Positions 17,816 through 28,679 are shown, counted from the first letter of the stretch. The stretch: DNA of 64,000 bases from Chloroflexota bacterium (GCA_963663275.1 OY760183.1:1120001-1184000); one strand, 5' to 3'. The notes: generated by a model not told the origin, from the letters alone. Translations and numbers: made by a program.

Positions 17816-18847
17816 GTGATCATGGACGAACTTGGCGTAGCCGTTATCGGTCTTGGCGTGGGGCGCAGTCATTTGCGCGCCTATCGGCAGATACCCGGCG
17901 TGCGGATTGCGGCAGTCTGCGATACGGACGAGGAGCGCCTGGCGCAGGCGCGGGAGGAATTCGACGGCATCGCCGCGACGAGCGACGTGGAAGCGGCCGT
18001 GAGCCGGGACGACGTGCACGCGGTTTCGGTCTGCACGCCGGACCACCTGCACTACGAGCACTGTCTGGCCGCGCTGGCCCACGGCAAGCACGTCCTGTGC
18101 GAGAAGCCCATGACCGTCAACGAGGCGCACGCCTGGGACTTAGTGCAGCGAGTTGAAGCGGCCGACGTGCGGTTCGGCGTGGGCAACGTGAACCGCTTCG
18201 TGCCCCAGTTCGCGGCGCTGCATCAATTCGTGGATGAGGGACGGCTGGGCGAACTCTTTTTCGTGGAGAGCGACTACATCCACGACATGCGCGGGGTCTA
18301 CAAGCGCACGCCGTGGCGGAAAGACCCGGTGCATCCGCAGAACGCCTGGTACGGCGGCGGCGTACACCCCATGGATCTGGTCCGGTGGGTGGCCGGCGAC
18401 GTGGCCGAAATCACGCTCTACGCCAATAAATGCGCCAGCACACCGGAGTTTCCCCTGCCGGATACGTACATCGGCATCCTCAAGTTTGCGAACGGCTGTC
18501 TGGGCAAGGTGTGGGAGACGTCCGCCATCCGCCGCGTGCCGGGGCACGTGGTCAATTTCAACGCCTACGGCGCGGAAGGCACCATGCTCGCCAATACGCT
18601 GGATATGGAAGCGAAACTCTGGCTGAACTGGGGCATCGAGGGCCAGGCGGACGCCCAGATTCTCCCTTTCCGGCGCACCATCGGTCATCCGGTGCTGGAT
18701 GAACTCACGCACTTGGTTGATTGCATCCGCAGCGGCGCGACCCCATTGGTGGACGCCCTGGAAGGTGCGAAGACCGTGGCGACCCTGGCCGCGGGCCTGC
18801 GCTCGCTGGAGAGCGGCAAGCCGGAGACGGTGAATGCGGGGCCGTAG
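17816..18847 (+). CDS. Gfo/Idh/MocA family oxidoreductase
   Basis: VAVIGLGVG, CTPDHLH, GKHVLCEKP and GVHPMD motifs. Confidence 0.9.
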   Translation: MIMDELGVAVIGLGVGRSHLRAYRQIPGVRIAAVCDTDEERLAQAREEFDGIAATSDVEAAVSRDDVHAVSVCTPDHLHYEHCLAALAHGKHVLCEKPMTVNEAHAWDLVQRVEAADVRFGVGNVNRFVPQFAALHQFVDEGRLGELFFVESDYIHDMRGVYKRTPWRKDPVHPQNAWYGGGVHPMDLVRWVAGDVAEITLYANKCASTPEFPLPDTYIGILKFANGCLGKVWETSAIRRVPGHVVNFNAYGAEGTMLANTLDMEAKLWLNWGIEGQADAQILPFRRTIGHPVLDELTHLVDCIRSGATPLVDALEGAKTVATLAAGLRSLESGKPETVNAGP

Positions 18848-18868
18848 GCGAGTGGCATATGCAAAGGC

Positions 18869-19460
18869 GTAGGGGCACGACATGTCGTGCCGGGTAGCGG
18901 CAAGCCGGAAAGGGTAACCACGAATCCCGGCGCGCACGGACGCTGAACACAATGGCATGCAATTATGGGTAGGGGCACGACATGTCGTGCCCCTACCCTT
19001 ATATGTGCTGAGTATGCGATTCTTCCCCTCACCCCGGCCCTCTCCCCAGGGAGAGGGAGAATTTTCGCCTCTCAGCGAGGTACCGCAAGGGTCTCTCCCG
19101 GGAGAGCTGACAGGGGTAGGCAAAACATGACTGTAGCTCTATGGTCCGTCCGGCCTCCACCTGTCATTCGGCCTCCATCTGTCATTCTGAGGAGCGCAGC
19201 GACGAAGAATCTAAAGTGTGTGCCAGCGCAAACCTACCGCCTTAGATTCTTCACTCCGCTCCGCTACGTTCAGAATGACAGTAGCCAAGTCGATTTTCCA
19301 TTGATTGCGAGTAGGTCGATAGCTGATTGCCTACCCCTGTCAGCCCCGGGAGAGGGAATAGCGCAAGCGTAGCGCGGGGGCTTGTCCCCCGCCTCTGGAT
19401 TCCGGCTTGCGCTGGCGAAATACATGTCTGGGCGCAGGTTGGAAACCTGCGCTACCGGAG
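18869..19460. repeat. Composite repeat cluster
   Basis: GTAGGGGCACGACATGTCGTGCC x2, CCCTCACCCCGGCCCTCTCCCCAGGGAGAGGG, nested MITE 19106..19344, GTAGCGCGGGGGCTTGTCCCCCGC and GGCGCAGGTTGGAAACCTGCGCTACCGG. Confidence 0.85.
19106..19344. mobile_element. MITE with 17-bp TIRs and an exact 9-bp target-site duplication
   Basis: GCTGACAGGGGTAGGCA ... TGCCTACCCCTGTCAGC flanked by CCCGGGAGA at 19097..19105 and 19345..19353. Confidence 0.85.
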
Positions 19461-19529
19461 CGAGAACGGCTCAATCAGCCGTTTTCTTTGCAGTGATGAA
19501 GCAACTCACCAACTGAGTACGCCCCAGAC

Positions 19530-20813
19530 TCAGACGAGCATCTGCGTGGCGACCTTCCAGAGCGCCTGCGCCACGTCGGCGCAATCGGCGTCGGTGTAGC
19601 CGGGCGCGATGGCGATGAGCACGGCGCGGGCCATGATTGATTCCGTGCGCGGGCAGAGGCCGGGGGCGTATTCCTGGGTGAGCGCGCCCACCGCCGGGCG
19701 GTAGTTTTGCAGCGCCTCGATCGTGTAGACCGGCTTGCCGCCGTAGACGTGCCGCGCCGGAATGCCCTCCGCGCGGAGCGCCTTCACGAACGGTCCGGTG
19801 TCGGCCGGATCATCCAAGAGCAGGCCGAGCGCCACGCCGGCGACGCCGTTGGGATCGGGCAGGCGGCGCGGCGTCACGCCGGGCAGTCCCTCGATATCGC
19901 TCTTGATGGTGTCGTGGGCGCGCCGCATCCGGTCGATGATGCCCGGCAGTTTGCGGAGTTGCGCCAGCGCCAGCGCCCCGGCCAGTTCGCCCATGCGGTA
20001 GACCTCGCCCGGAAAGGCGTCGAGTTGCGCCGGCGGGTAGGCGGTCAAGTCGCCCATGGTGTCGTCCGGCGCGCTCGTCTCGATAGTCATGCGCCCAAAG
20101 CGGTAGTTGCCGTGGTCGTGGTAGCGCACGGCCCGCTCGAACATCGCCGGGTCGCTGGTGGTCACGATGCCGCCCTCGCCCGCGGTGATGATCTTGTTCA
20201 CCTGGAGGCTGAACGCGCCCACGTCGCCCCAGGCGCCAATTGGCCTGTCCTTGTAGGCCGTGCCCGCCGACTGGGCGCAGTCCTCGATCACGCGCAGATC
20301 GTGCCGCCGCGCGATTTCCATGATGGTATCCATCTCCGCCGCGACGCCGCTGGTGTGCACCGGCATGATGGCGCGGGTGCGGGACGTGATGCGGTTCTCG
20401 ATGTCGTGGGGGTCGAGGGTGTACGATTCATCGATGTCGGCGAAGACCGGAATCGCGTGATGCGCCGCGACGGTGCCGGGCGAGGCGATGAAGGTAAGCG
20501 CCGGCACGATGACCTCGTCGCCGGGCGCGATGTCCAGCGCCTTCAATCCTACTTTCAAGGCCGCGGTGCCCGAGGTCACGCCCAGCGCGTAGGACGCGCC
20601 CATCATGCGGGCGGCCTCGTGCTCCAGGGCCGTTACCTTGTCCGGCTCGTTGACGCCGTAGAAGCGGAACGGCGCGCGCTTCTCCAGCACGTCCAGCACA
20701 AGTTCGCGTTCCTCATCGCCGATGAGCCGCGCGCCGGGATAGCCGGTCTCCAGCGGGGCCGCGCGCACCGGCTCGCCGCCGTCTACGGCCAGGCGTTCGA
20801 TTTTCGTTGCCAT
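19530..20813 (-). CDS. DegT/DnrJ/EryC1/StrS family PLP aminotransferase
   Basis: TSGTAAL, GDEVIVPALTFIA, VIEDCAQ and FSLQVNKIITAGEGG; start MATKI after AGAGG RBS. Confidence 0.92.
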   Translation of the reverse strand: MATKIERLAVDGGEPVRAAPLETGYPGARLIGDEERELVLDVLEKRAPFRFYGVNEPDKVTALEHEAARMMGASYALGVTSGTAALKVGLKALDIAPGDEVIVPALTFIASPGTVAAHHAIPVFADIDESYTLDPHDIENRITSRTRAIMPVHTSGVAAEMDTIMEIARRHDLRVIEDCAQSAGTAYKDRPIGAWGDVGAFSLQVNKIITAGEGGIVTTSDPAMFERAVRYHDHGNYRFGRMTIETSAPDDTMGDLTAYPPAQLDAFPGEVYRMGELAGALALAQLRKLPGIIDRMRRAHDTIKSDIEGLPGVTPRRLPDPNGVAGVALGLLLDDPADTGPFVKALRAEGIPARHVYGGKPVYTIEALQNYRPAVGALTQEYAPGLCPRTESIMARAVLIAIAPGYTDADCADVAQALWKVATQMLV

Positions 20814-21049
20814 GTTCCTCTTCTCCTGTCGGTTGATTGCGGCCGCCGCTCTGCGCTCACCATCGGGACGCGCCCGCGGCAGGGGCGCAACCACGGGTGG
20901 GGTGCGCCCGTGGTAGGGGCACGACATGTCGTGCCCCTACCACGGTTCATGGATCATCGTTGGCGTATCAGATCTCCCGCATTGCCGTCATTCCCGTGGA
21001 ATATCGCTCTTGCGGCGGACGCGGATTTCATCTCTGGTCCCTTCCAACT

Positions 21050-21189
21050 GAGACTCTTGCGTAACTTCGTCATTCCGGTGAAAGCCGGATTCCAGGGCAC
21101 TCTTGCAACTAAAAGCAGCATGAAGTCAAGCCATTTCACCCCCATCCCAACCTTCCCCATCGAGGGGGAAGGGGCTATGAAGAGGTCTC
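21050..21189. mobile_element. 140-bp MITE-like element (homolog of 10045..10184)
   Basis: GAGACTCTTGCGTAAC ... GAAGAGGTCTC with the same two internal palindromes; CAACT on both flanks. Confidence 0.75.
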
Positions 21190-21254
21190 CAACTGGACTC
21201 CGGCTTCCGCCGGAGTGACGGGTTGACCCACCGATTAGGTGGATGAAAGGCGAT

Positions 21255-22109
21255 CTACCGCTTCTTGGTGTGCAGATGCTTATCCTTCAAGATAACCTTC
21301 TCCGCCGTGCCGCCCATGATGGCCGTGCGTTGCTCGTCGCTCATGGGGAACTCGCGCAGGAACTCCACCTGCGGCAGCGGTTGCCAGGGATGGAGGTAGT
21401 CGGTGCCGAGCATGAGCTTTTGCCAATTGCGCTGGATGAAGCCTTCGGTAAAGTCCAGGTCGCGGGAAATGGCGTTGTAGCCGGAGCCGGCCGAAAGGTC
21501 GCCGTACATGTTGGGGTATTCCTGCAAGAGGCGTTCCGTGCTGCCGCCGGGTACGACCTTGCCCGGGGGATAGCCGATCCTGCTGGCGCGCTTGAAGTCG
21601 GCGGAGATTTCCGCCCACCACGCCGGGCCGTGACCCATGAAGATGGTATTCGGGCATTCCTTGAGCACGCGCTCCATGCCCGGTTGGCCGTCCTCGTCGG
21701 TGCAGAGATTCAGGTCCAGGTGCAGCATCACCGGCAGGTCGAACTCGCCGGCGAGGGAGAAAAGCTCGATGCTGCGGGGATCGTCGATCGCCAGGCCGTT
21801 CTTGTGCTCGCCAAAGCCCATGATGCCGCGCGCGAGCATTCTTTCCAGCAACATGCGCTTGTTCACGGAGTTGCGCGGATCGATGACGCCAAACGGGATG
21901 AACCGCTCCGGGTACCGCCGCCAATCTTCCAACGCCTCTGCCGTCAGGAAGTACTCCGGAAACGATTCCGGACTCTCCAGCGGCAGCAGCACCGACATAT
22001 CCACGCCCATCTTGTCCATGCGGTTCACCATCTGGTCCGCCGACATGGTGATGGCGTTGCCCATACTCCACCGCCCGCGGCACGTGTGCGTGTGGACATC
22101 GATAACCAT
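21255..22109 (-). CDS. Amidohydrolase family protein (Amidohydro_2-like)
   Basis: IDVHTH, GFGEHK, PVMLH, MGHG, YGDLSAGSG and MLGTD motifs. Confidence 0.85.
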   Translation of the reverse strand: MVIDVHTHTCRGRWSMGNAITMSADQMVNRMDKMGVDMSVLLPLESPESFPEYFLTAEALEDWRRYPERFIPFGVIDPRNSVNKRMLLERMLARGIMGFGEHKNGLAIDDPRSIELFSLAGEFDLPVMLHLDLNLCTDEDGQPGMERVLKECPNTIFMGHGPAWWAEISADFKRASRIGYPPGKVVPGGSTERLLQEYPNMYGDLSAGSGYNAISRDLDFTEGFIQRNWQKLMLGTDYLHPWQPLPQVEFLREFPMSDEQRTAIMGGTAEKVILKDKHLHTKKR

Positions 22110-22477
22110 GGTGTGCAATTACCTCCAAAGTGATTCATACCGGGTTTCCTGCGTTTGCCGTTGCTCGCGTTGTTAGGAGTATACCGTATTCGGTCGATTG
22201 GTTTGGCGTACGGGTATTGCGCAAGACCCCCATGAACAAGCTTGCTACGATGACTGCAGAAGCGCCTCTGATACAATCGTACGCGGGCGGCTATATGCTT
22301 TGGGCCAAATCAACCCGCAATGCCTCCGTTCACGCTTCGACAGGCTCAGCGTGAACGGACGAATCGTTACGAAGTCTCTCACGGCCATCCGCCGGTTGTT
22401 CTTTCAGACAACCACAAGCGCAAAGCGGGCAAGGCGGCCTCTTTCAGCGACCAAACATTCCATGGAGTAAGCACACC

Positions 22478-23551
22478 GTGAATAAACTCGATCTCCCAAC
22501 CCCGGCGCTTTGCATCGATATGGAGGCGGTCGGCCACAATCTACGCGCCATGCAGGATTTCGCCAACGGCGCCGGAGTTGACCTGCGCCCTCACGCTAAG
22601 ACGCACAAGCACCCGTTCTTTGCCCACATGCAGCTAGGCCACGGCGCGGTGGGCGTCTGCGTGGCGAAACTCAGTGAGGCGGAAGTGATGGTGGCGGGCG
22701 GCGTCAAGGACATTCTCGTCACCAACGAGATTGCCGATCCGCGCAAGTTGCGCCAACTGGCGGGGCTGGCGCACTACGCCGCCATCACGCTGGCGGTGGA
22801 TAGCCTGCCGTGCGCCGCGGCCGCCGCGCGCGCCGCCATGGACGCGGGCGCCACGCTGCGGCTGCTCATCGAGGTGGACAGCGGCTCGCAACGCTGCGGC
22901 ACGGCCCCCGGTGAACCCACGCTGGCGCTGGCGCGGGGCATCATGGAACTGGAAAGCGTGGAGTTTGCGGGCGTGATGGGCTACGAGGGCCACTGCATGT
23001 TCATCGAGGACGCGGATGAACGCCGGCGGATGGCGCAAGCCGACCAGGAGAAACTTGTGGGCACCGCCGAGTTGATCCGTGCTCACGGCATTCCCGTGGA
23101 GACCGTCTCCGCCGCCGGCACCGGCACCTACGACGTCACCGGCGCCTATCCGGGCATCACCGAACTTCAGCCCGGTTCCTACGTCTTCATGGACGGGCGC
23201 TACCGTCCGCTGCGGCCTGAGTTTCGCTGCGCGCTCACCGTGATTTGCACCGTGATCAGCCGCCCCACACCGGAGCGCGTGGTGGTGGACGTGGGCATGA
23301 AGTCGCTCACCAATGAGTTCGGCATGCCGCAGGTGCTCGGCATCCCGAACGCCGACTTCTATAGGGAAGGCGAGGAAAACGCCTGCATCCGCCTGGAAGA
23401 TACCGGCCACCCCATCCGCCCCGGCGATCCGGTGGAACTCCTGCCCATGCACGGCGACACCACGATTGCCGTCCACGACGAGTACCACCTCTGCCACGGC
23501 GACGAGGTGGTGATGACGCTGCCGATATTGGGCCGCGGAAAGTTTCACTGA
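22478..23551 (+). CDS. DSD1 / D-threonine aldolase family PLP enzyme
   Basis: LPTPAL, LRPHAKTHK, GVMGYEGH, GTGTY and ELQPGSYVFMD motifs. Confidence 0.88.
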   Translation: MNKLDLPTPALCIDMEAVGHNLRAMQDFANGAGVDLRPHAKTHKHPFFAHMQLGHGAVGVCVAKLSEAEVMVAGGVKDILVTNEIADPRKLRQLAGLAHYAAITLAVDSLPCAAAAARAAMDAGATLRLLIEVDSGSQRCGTAPGEPTLALARGIMELESVEFAGVMGYEGHCMFIEDADERRRMAQADQEKLVGTAELIRAHGIPVETVSAAGTGTYDVTGAYPGITELQPGSYVFMDGRYRPLRPEFRCALTVICTVISRPTPERVVVDVGMKSLTNEFGMPQVLGIPNADFYREGEENACIRLEDTGHPIRPGDPVELLPMHGDTTIAVHDEYHLCHGDEVVMTLPILGRGKFH

Positions 23552-23759
23552 TCAATTGGAGGGCGGGCTAACGCCTGTTGGCAGTAAGTCTGACGCGGGC
23601 GCATCTCGCCTTGCCCAACGCAGCACGCGACAAGCTGCGCGGGCCTGTAGAATCTTCGTCTCCTGGCAGGATTGCGGCGTTGCTGACCTCTCGGGGCGCG
23701 TTAGGAATCGTGTGGTAGAATGCTACTATGAAAGGGCGTATTCGCAAGAGGATAGCACC

Positions 23760-24224
23760 ATGGAACACGATGCCAGAAGCGTAGCCAATGAACTGCTGCG
23801 CCGCGCAAGCGACGCCAACAGCCCGATTACGCACTTGAAGGTCATGAAGTTGGTGTACTTCTCCCATGCGTGGATGCTTGGCCTCTATCATGAACCGCTG
23901 CAGTTTCAACCGGTTGAGGCGTGGCGCTACGGCCCGGTCGTGCGCGACGTGTACCGCAGTCTGCGGCGTTACGGCGGCGAGCCGATCAACCGCCCGATCA
24001 GCATTGCGGATGAAGAGTACAGCCCTACCCAGAAGGACCTCATGGATCAAGTTTGGAAAGTCTACGGAAAGTACACTGCCAGACAGTTGTCCGCAATTAC
24101 CCATGCTCCCGGAACTCCCTGGCACCAAGTTTGGCATCAATGGGGTAAGAGCGCCGTAATACCTGATCCTATGATTGAAGCGTATTACGCTGGTCTCTAC
24201 GATCAATCCACAAGAGAATCATGA
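23760..24224 (+). CDS. Panacea-domain (DUF4065/SocA-like) antitoxin
   Basis: ITHLKVMKLVYFSH, EAWRYGPV and LSAITHAPGTPW motifs; GAGGA RBS before ATG 23760. Confidence 0.88.
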   Translation: MEHDARSVANELLRRASDANSPITHLKVMKLVYFSHAWMLGLYHEPLQFQPVEAWRYGPVVRDVYRSLRRYGGEPINRPISIADEEYSPTQKDLMDQVWKVYGKYTARQLSAITHAPGTPWHQVWHQWGKSAVIPDPMIEAYYAGLYDQSTRES

Positions 24225-24580
24225 GTAAACAGGTCCCGGATGTAACGCAGCCAATTCCGGAAGGCGATGAGCCCCGTGAAGAAGACTCATTCAGCAGAGG
24301 TTCGATTGAGGAGAGGCTCGAAGCCGGAGAGTTTCAGCGATCGGAGAGACTCAGGAATGCTTTGAATGACGGCATTGTCTATGTTGCGATAGTCGCCCCG
24401 TATTTCCTGGCAGCTATCGGCGCGGTGCTTATGGTCGTCATGCTCTGGCACTACATAGGCCGTGAAGAGTGGACGTGGATGACGGCGCAGCAGGTCGACA
24501 AGGTGGAAGCGGCGTTCGGCGGGGGGATATTGTCGGCGCTCTTCATCGTTTTCAGAGACTATGTAGCGCGAAGAAAGTAG
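24221..24580 (+). CDS. Small two-TM protein, putative toxin partner of the Panacea protein
   Basis: ATGA overlap with the Panacea gene; acidic N-terminus then two hydrophobic segments. Confidence 0.6.
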   Translation: MSKQVPDVTQPIPEGDEPREEDSFSRGSIEERLEAGEFQRSERLRNALNDGIVYVAIVAPYFLAAIGAVLMVVMLWHYIGREEWTWMTAQQVDKVEAAFGGGILSALFIVFRDYVARRK

Positions 24581-24766
24581 CCTGCCAGCGTTCCTTCAAT
24601 AGGCTTCTCTATTTGCACGGAAATCCTTGCTTATGTTTTGCTTCCCTTCCGTTCTATGGAGACAGCGCCGTTTGCCGCGCTGTGGGAATGGAATAGCCGT
24701 CTGTCCTCAATCGGTATTGATACGGACCGCGGCCGGCACGTGGCCCAGATGAGAAGAGGCGCGTAC

Positions 24767-25363
24767 GTGAATAGCAGTATTCCGCATTTGCCCGTTGTCG
24801 TCGGCATTACGGCGGCCAGTGGCGCGGCGTTGACGGAGCGTTGCGTGACGTGGCTTGCCGGACACGGCGTGCCGCTCTACGTGACGTGCAGCAACAACGG
24901 CCGGCTGGTCTGGCGGCAGGAGTTGGACGAGTCGCTGGAAGACGCCGCCGCGCGCTGGTCGGACCATGGTGACGTAACGGTGGTGGACGTAGGCGACGAG
25001 GCCGCGCTGATTGCCAGCGGCAGCCTGCTTACGGCGGGCATGATCATCGTGCCGTGCAGCACCGGCTCGGCGGCGGCGATTGCCAACGGCATTTGCACGA
25101 ACGTGCTGCACCGCGCGGCGGAAGTGACCCTGAAAGAAAAGCGGCCCCTGGTGCTCATGCCCCGTGAGACCCCGCTCTCGGCAATTCACCTGGAATCCTG
25201 GCTCAAGCTCGCCCGGCTCGGCGTGACCATCGTGCCGCCCATGCTCACCTTCTACAACCACCCCCGCAACATCCAGGACATGGTGGACTTCAGCGTGGGC
25301 CGCGCGCTGACGCTGCTGGGGTTCCCGGAGGCCTTGCCGGATCATCTGAGGTACCACCGCTAG
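24767..25363 (+). CDS. ubiX: Flavin prenyltransferase
   Basis: VVGITAASG, IASGS, IVPCS, RAAEVTLKEKRPLVLMPRETP and FYNHP; start codon approximate. Confidence 0.88.
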   Translation: MNSSIPHLPVVVGITAASGAALTERCVTWLAGHGVPLYVTCSNNGRLVWRQELDESLEDAAARWSDHGDVTVVDVGDEAALIASGSLLTAGMIIVPCSTGSAAAIANGICTNVLHRAAEVTLKEKRPLVLMPRETPLSAIHLESWLKLARLGVTIVPPMLTFYNHPRNIQDMVDFSVGRALTLLGFPEALPDHLRYHR

Positions 25364-25418
25364 CGGGACTCCTGCCGCGCAAGCGGCAGACATGCTGCCT
25401 GCGCGGGAGATCTGCCGC

Positions 25419-27308
25419 CTACGACCCGATCACACGCGAGCCGCCGGCTTTCGTCACCACCACCAGGCTCGGTTTGGCTGGGCTGGTATTATCCGGCCAC
25501 GTGCTGGTCGGTGCCGCGATGGTACCGCCTTCGCCCGGGTGCTGCATGGCGCAGAAGAAGGCGCGGTTATCGGGTGTGAACTCCGGCCCGCAGATTTCCG
25601 CGCCCGCGGGCGCGCTCACGAACTGCCGCGCGTAGCCGCGCTCCGCGCCCACGGTGGGCACCGCAAACACGCCGTCGTTCTTGCCCAGGCGTTCCGGTTG
25701 GCCGTCGGTGGCAATCCACAGGTTGCCTCGCGCGTCGAACGCGACGTTGTCCGGATTGGCGAACGGGCTGACTTTCGTCATGTCGTAGCCGGCGTAGTAG
25801 GCTCGATGTTCCTCGATCTCGGGATCGCCGCAGAGAATGAAGATGTCCCAGGTGAACGCCGCCGCAGTCGGGTCATCGGCCTCTTCGGTAATCTCGATGA
25901 TGTGGCCGAAGGCGTTGGGGCCGCGTGGATTGGCGGCGTCGGTGTCGCCTTCCGCGCGCTCGGTGTTGTTGGTCATCACCGCGTAGAGTTTGCCCGTCAC
26001 CGGGTTCGTCTCGATGTCCTCCGGGCGGTCCATGGGCGTCGCGCCCAGCAGGTCCGCCGCGCCGCGGGTGTTGATGAGCACGTCGGCGGCGGACCAATCG
26101 GCCAGGCAACCCTCGCCCGCCGCAAGCTTGAGCCAGCAGCCGGTCCCGCCTTCCTCGAACCTGGCCGCGTACAGGTCGCCTTCCTCCAGCAGCGTGAGGT
26201 TATGCGCCCGGTCGTGGGGATCGTACGCGCGGCTGCTGACGAACTTGTACATGTAATCGAAGCGCTGGTCGTCGCCGGAGTAGACCACGGCTTTCCCGTC
26301 CGGCGCGATCACCACGGTGGCGGCCTCGTGGCGGAAGCGGCCGAGCGCGGTGTGCTTCTTCGGCGTTGAATCCGGGCCATAGGGATCGATTTCCACGATC
26401 CAGCCGAAGCGAAAAGGCTCGTTCGGCTCCTTGCTCGCGTCGAAGCGGTCGTGGAATTTCTCCCAGCCCAGTTCGCTGCTGGCGGCCGGCAGGCCGTAGC
26501 GTTCGTGGACGGCGCGGCGCGGGTCGCAGGCGTCGATGCCGCCGGCGTTGCCGAAGTAGTCCTGAAAGTTCTCCTCGGCCAGCAGCGCCGTGCCCCAGGG
26601 AGTCTTGCCGCCGGAGCAGTTGTTCAGCGTGCCCAGCACGTTCGCGCCGGTGGGATCGGCCGTCGTTTGCAGCAGTTCGTGGCCGGCGGCGGGGCCGGTC
26701 ACTGCCATTGCGGTCTCCGCCGTGATACGGCGGTTGAAGGCGGAGCGCCTGCTGTAGAGCCACTCACCGGCTGCCTCAAACACCTCGATCACGGTGGCGC
26801 CGTGGGCGGCCATTTCCACCGCTGCCTGCTTCTCGGTAAGGTTCTCGCCGTCGTATGCCGGGAACATGAGTTCGGGGTTTACGTACTCGTGGCTCACCGC
26901 CAGCAGGCCCCGGTCGGAGACCGGATACCGGTAGTCGGGCAGCGGGAAGAAGCCCACGAAGTCGTTGTTGTAGCCGAACTGCCGCTCCTGGCTCGCTTGG
27001 CTTTGGTTGTCCAGGTCCAGGGCCGGCGCTTCGGGGAAGAGCGGGTCGCCCCAGCGAATGAGCGTCTTCCAGGAGTACCCCGGCGGCACGAGCACGGTGT
27101 CTTCCTCGCTTAAAGCAATCGGGCTGAAGCCTATGGACTCGCCAATGTAGGCGGCGGCGCTGGGGGCGTGGGCCAGGGCGCCGCCAAAGACCATTACCGG
27201 CACGGCTGCGGCCGCGCCGGCCAGCGCCGCGCGCCGGGTCAGACGGCGGTCGACGATTTCCGCAAACGTGGGACCGGTAGGTGCGCTGCCGTTACGCGCA
27301 TCACGCAT
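25419..27308 (-). CDS. phoX: PhoX family alkaline phosphatase (DUF839), Tat-exported
   Basis: TRRAAL signal, QFGYNND, NCSGGKTPWGT.L.EEN, LGRFRHE, MDRPED, NPDN and QHPGE motifs. Confidence 0.92.
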   Translation of the reverse strand: MRDARNGSAPTGPTFAEIVDRRLTRRAALAGAAAAVPVMVFGGALAHAPSAAAYIGESIGFSPIALSEEDTVLVPPGYSWKTLIRWGDPLFPEAPALDLDNQSQASQERQFGYNNDFVGFFPLPDYRYPVSDRGLLAVSHEYVNPELMFPAYDGENLTEKQAAVEMAAHGATVIEVFEAAGEWLYSRRSAFNRRITAETAMAVTGPAAGHELLQTTADPTGANVLGTLNNCSGGKTPWGTALLAEENFQDYFGNAGGIDACDPRRAVHERYGLPAASSELGWEKFHDRFDASKEPNEPFRFGWIVEIDPYGPDSTPKKHTALGRFRHEAATVVIAPDGKAVVYSGDDQRFDYMYKFVSSRAYDPHDRAHNLTLLEEGDLYAARFEEGGTGCWLKLAAGEGCLADWSAADVLINTRGAADLLGATPMDRPEDIETNPVTGKLYAVMTNNTERAEGDTDAANPRGPNAFGHIIEITEEADDPTAAAFTWDIFILCGDPEIEEHRAYYAGYDMTKVSPFANPDNVAFDARGNLWIATDGQPERLGKNDGVFAVPTVGAERGYARQFVSAPAGAEICGPEFTPDNRAFFCAMQHPGEGGTIAAPTSTWPDNTSPAKPSLVVVTKAGGSRVIGS

Positions 27309-27667
27309 GGAGAACTCCTCCTGAATGCACTGCGGTTGGTTTCAGCCATTACCGCTTGCGCCGCCACTTGCCGCTATGGTACCGGAAGCTGACTTGAGAG
27401 TGTACGAGCATCGGGTGTAGAGGCACGACACGCCGTGCCCCGACACCGCGCGCCAAGCCGTGTAGAGATTCATACCAGGGTGCGGAAGGGCGTCGCCGGC
27501 GCGTTACGATGCCGCAAAGAATACGTTGGCGGCGCCGGCCGGCGGCATAGCGGCGGGAAAAGGGCTCGAGGGTGGGCCGGCCTTGCGCGTACCGGCGGAG
27601 ATTGTGTTTTCCTTCACAAGTGCGGTATGCTGCACGCAAGCCTACGCAATCGAAGGAGGATGGAACT

Positions 27668-28666
27668 GTGGCTCTGACACGACGGACACTGCTGCGCGGC
27701 GCGGCGGCCGGCGCGCTGGCGCTCCCCATATTGGCGGCCTGCGGCCAGGTGACGGTAACGCCTGACGATGCGGCAGAACCGGCGGCCCCGGCGGAACCGG
27801 CGAAACTCCGCATCGGCGACCTGCCGCTGATCGACATGCTGCCGGTCTACGTGGCCGAACAGGAAGGCCTGTTCCCGGAAAACCTGGAAGTGGAACTGGT
27901 GCCGTTTTCCAGCGCCCTGGAGCGCGACACGGCCTACACCTCGAAGCAGGTGGACGGCGTGCTCAACGACTTCGTTTCGGCAACCGCCCTCAACCGCGAG
28001 CAGGACTTCACCCGCAACGTGCGCGTGATTCTGCGCTCCACGCCGCAACTCTCGCTGTTCGCCCTGCTGGCCAGCAAAGAGTCCGACATCGAGAAGATCG
28101 AGGACGTGAAGGGAAAAGAGATCGCCATCTCGCCCAACACGATCATCGAGTACGTGCTGGACCGCATGCTCGGCACGGTGGGCCTGGGGCACGACGACGT
28201 GGAGAAACTGGCGGTGCCCAGCATTCCCTTGCGCCTGGAGATGCTGAACCAGAGCAACGTGACCGCCGCCGTGCTGCCGGAGCCCCTGGTCAGCTTCAGC
28301 ATGTTGCAGGGCGGCTCGCGCCTGATCATGGACGATGCCGAGACCCAGTTCGGCGCGTCGCTGCTCTCGTTCCGCAGCGAGGTCATCGCCAACCATGAGG
28401 ATACCGTGCGCGGCTTCATGAACGGCTTCGAGGCCGGCGTCAGCCGCATCAACAGCGAGCCGGGCAACTATCAGGAATTGATGGAAGCGCGCGGCCGCAT
28501 TCCACCGCCCCTGGCCGGCACGTTCTCCGTGCCCCAGTTCCCGGCGCCCGCGGTGGTGCCCCAGGCGGAGTTCGAGGCGGTGGGAGAATGGGCGGTGGAG
28601 CGCGGCCTGCTGCAAGAGGCGATACCCTACGAAAAACTGGTGGATACGCGGTTCCTGCCGGGATAG
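27668..28666 (+). CDS. ABC substrate-binding lipoprotein (NMT1/SsuA/TauA-like)
   Basis: TRRTLL + LAAC signal; YVAEQEGLF, KGKEIA and AAVLPEP motifs. Confidence 0.82.
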   Translation: MALTRRTLLRGAAAGALALPILAACGQVTVTPDDAAEPAAPAEPAKLRIGDLPLIDMLPVYVAEQEGLFPENLEVELVPFSSALERDTAYTSKQVDGVLNDFVSATALNREQDFTRNVRVILRSTPQLSLFALLASKESDIEKIEDVKGKEIAISPNTIIEYVLDRMLGTVGLGHDDVEKLAVPSIPLRLEMLNQSNVTAAVLPEPLVSFSMLQGGSRLIMDDAETQFGASLLSFRSEVIANHEDTVRGFMNGFEAGVSRINSEPGNYQELMEARGRIPPPLAGTFSVPQFPAPAVVPQAEFEAVGEWAVERGLLQEAIPYEKLVDTRFLPG

Positions 28667-28679
28667 GCGGCGAACGGCG

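Noticed and set aside
24767-25363. ubiX without adjacent ubiD as a novel pathway
   Set aside because: Unlinked ubiX and ubiD genes are common; nothing else here suggests a new partner.
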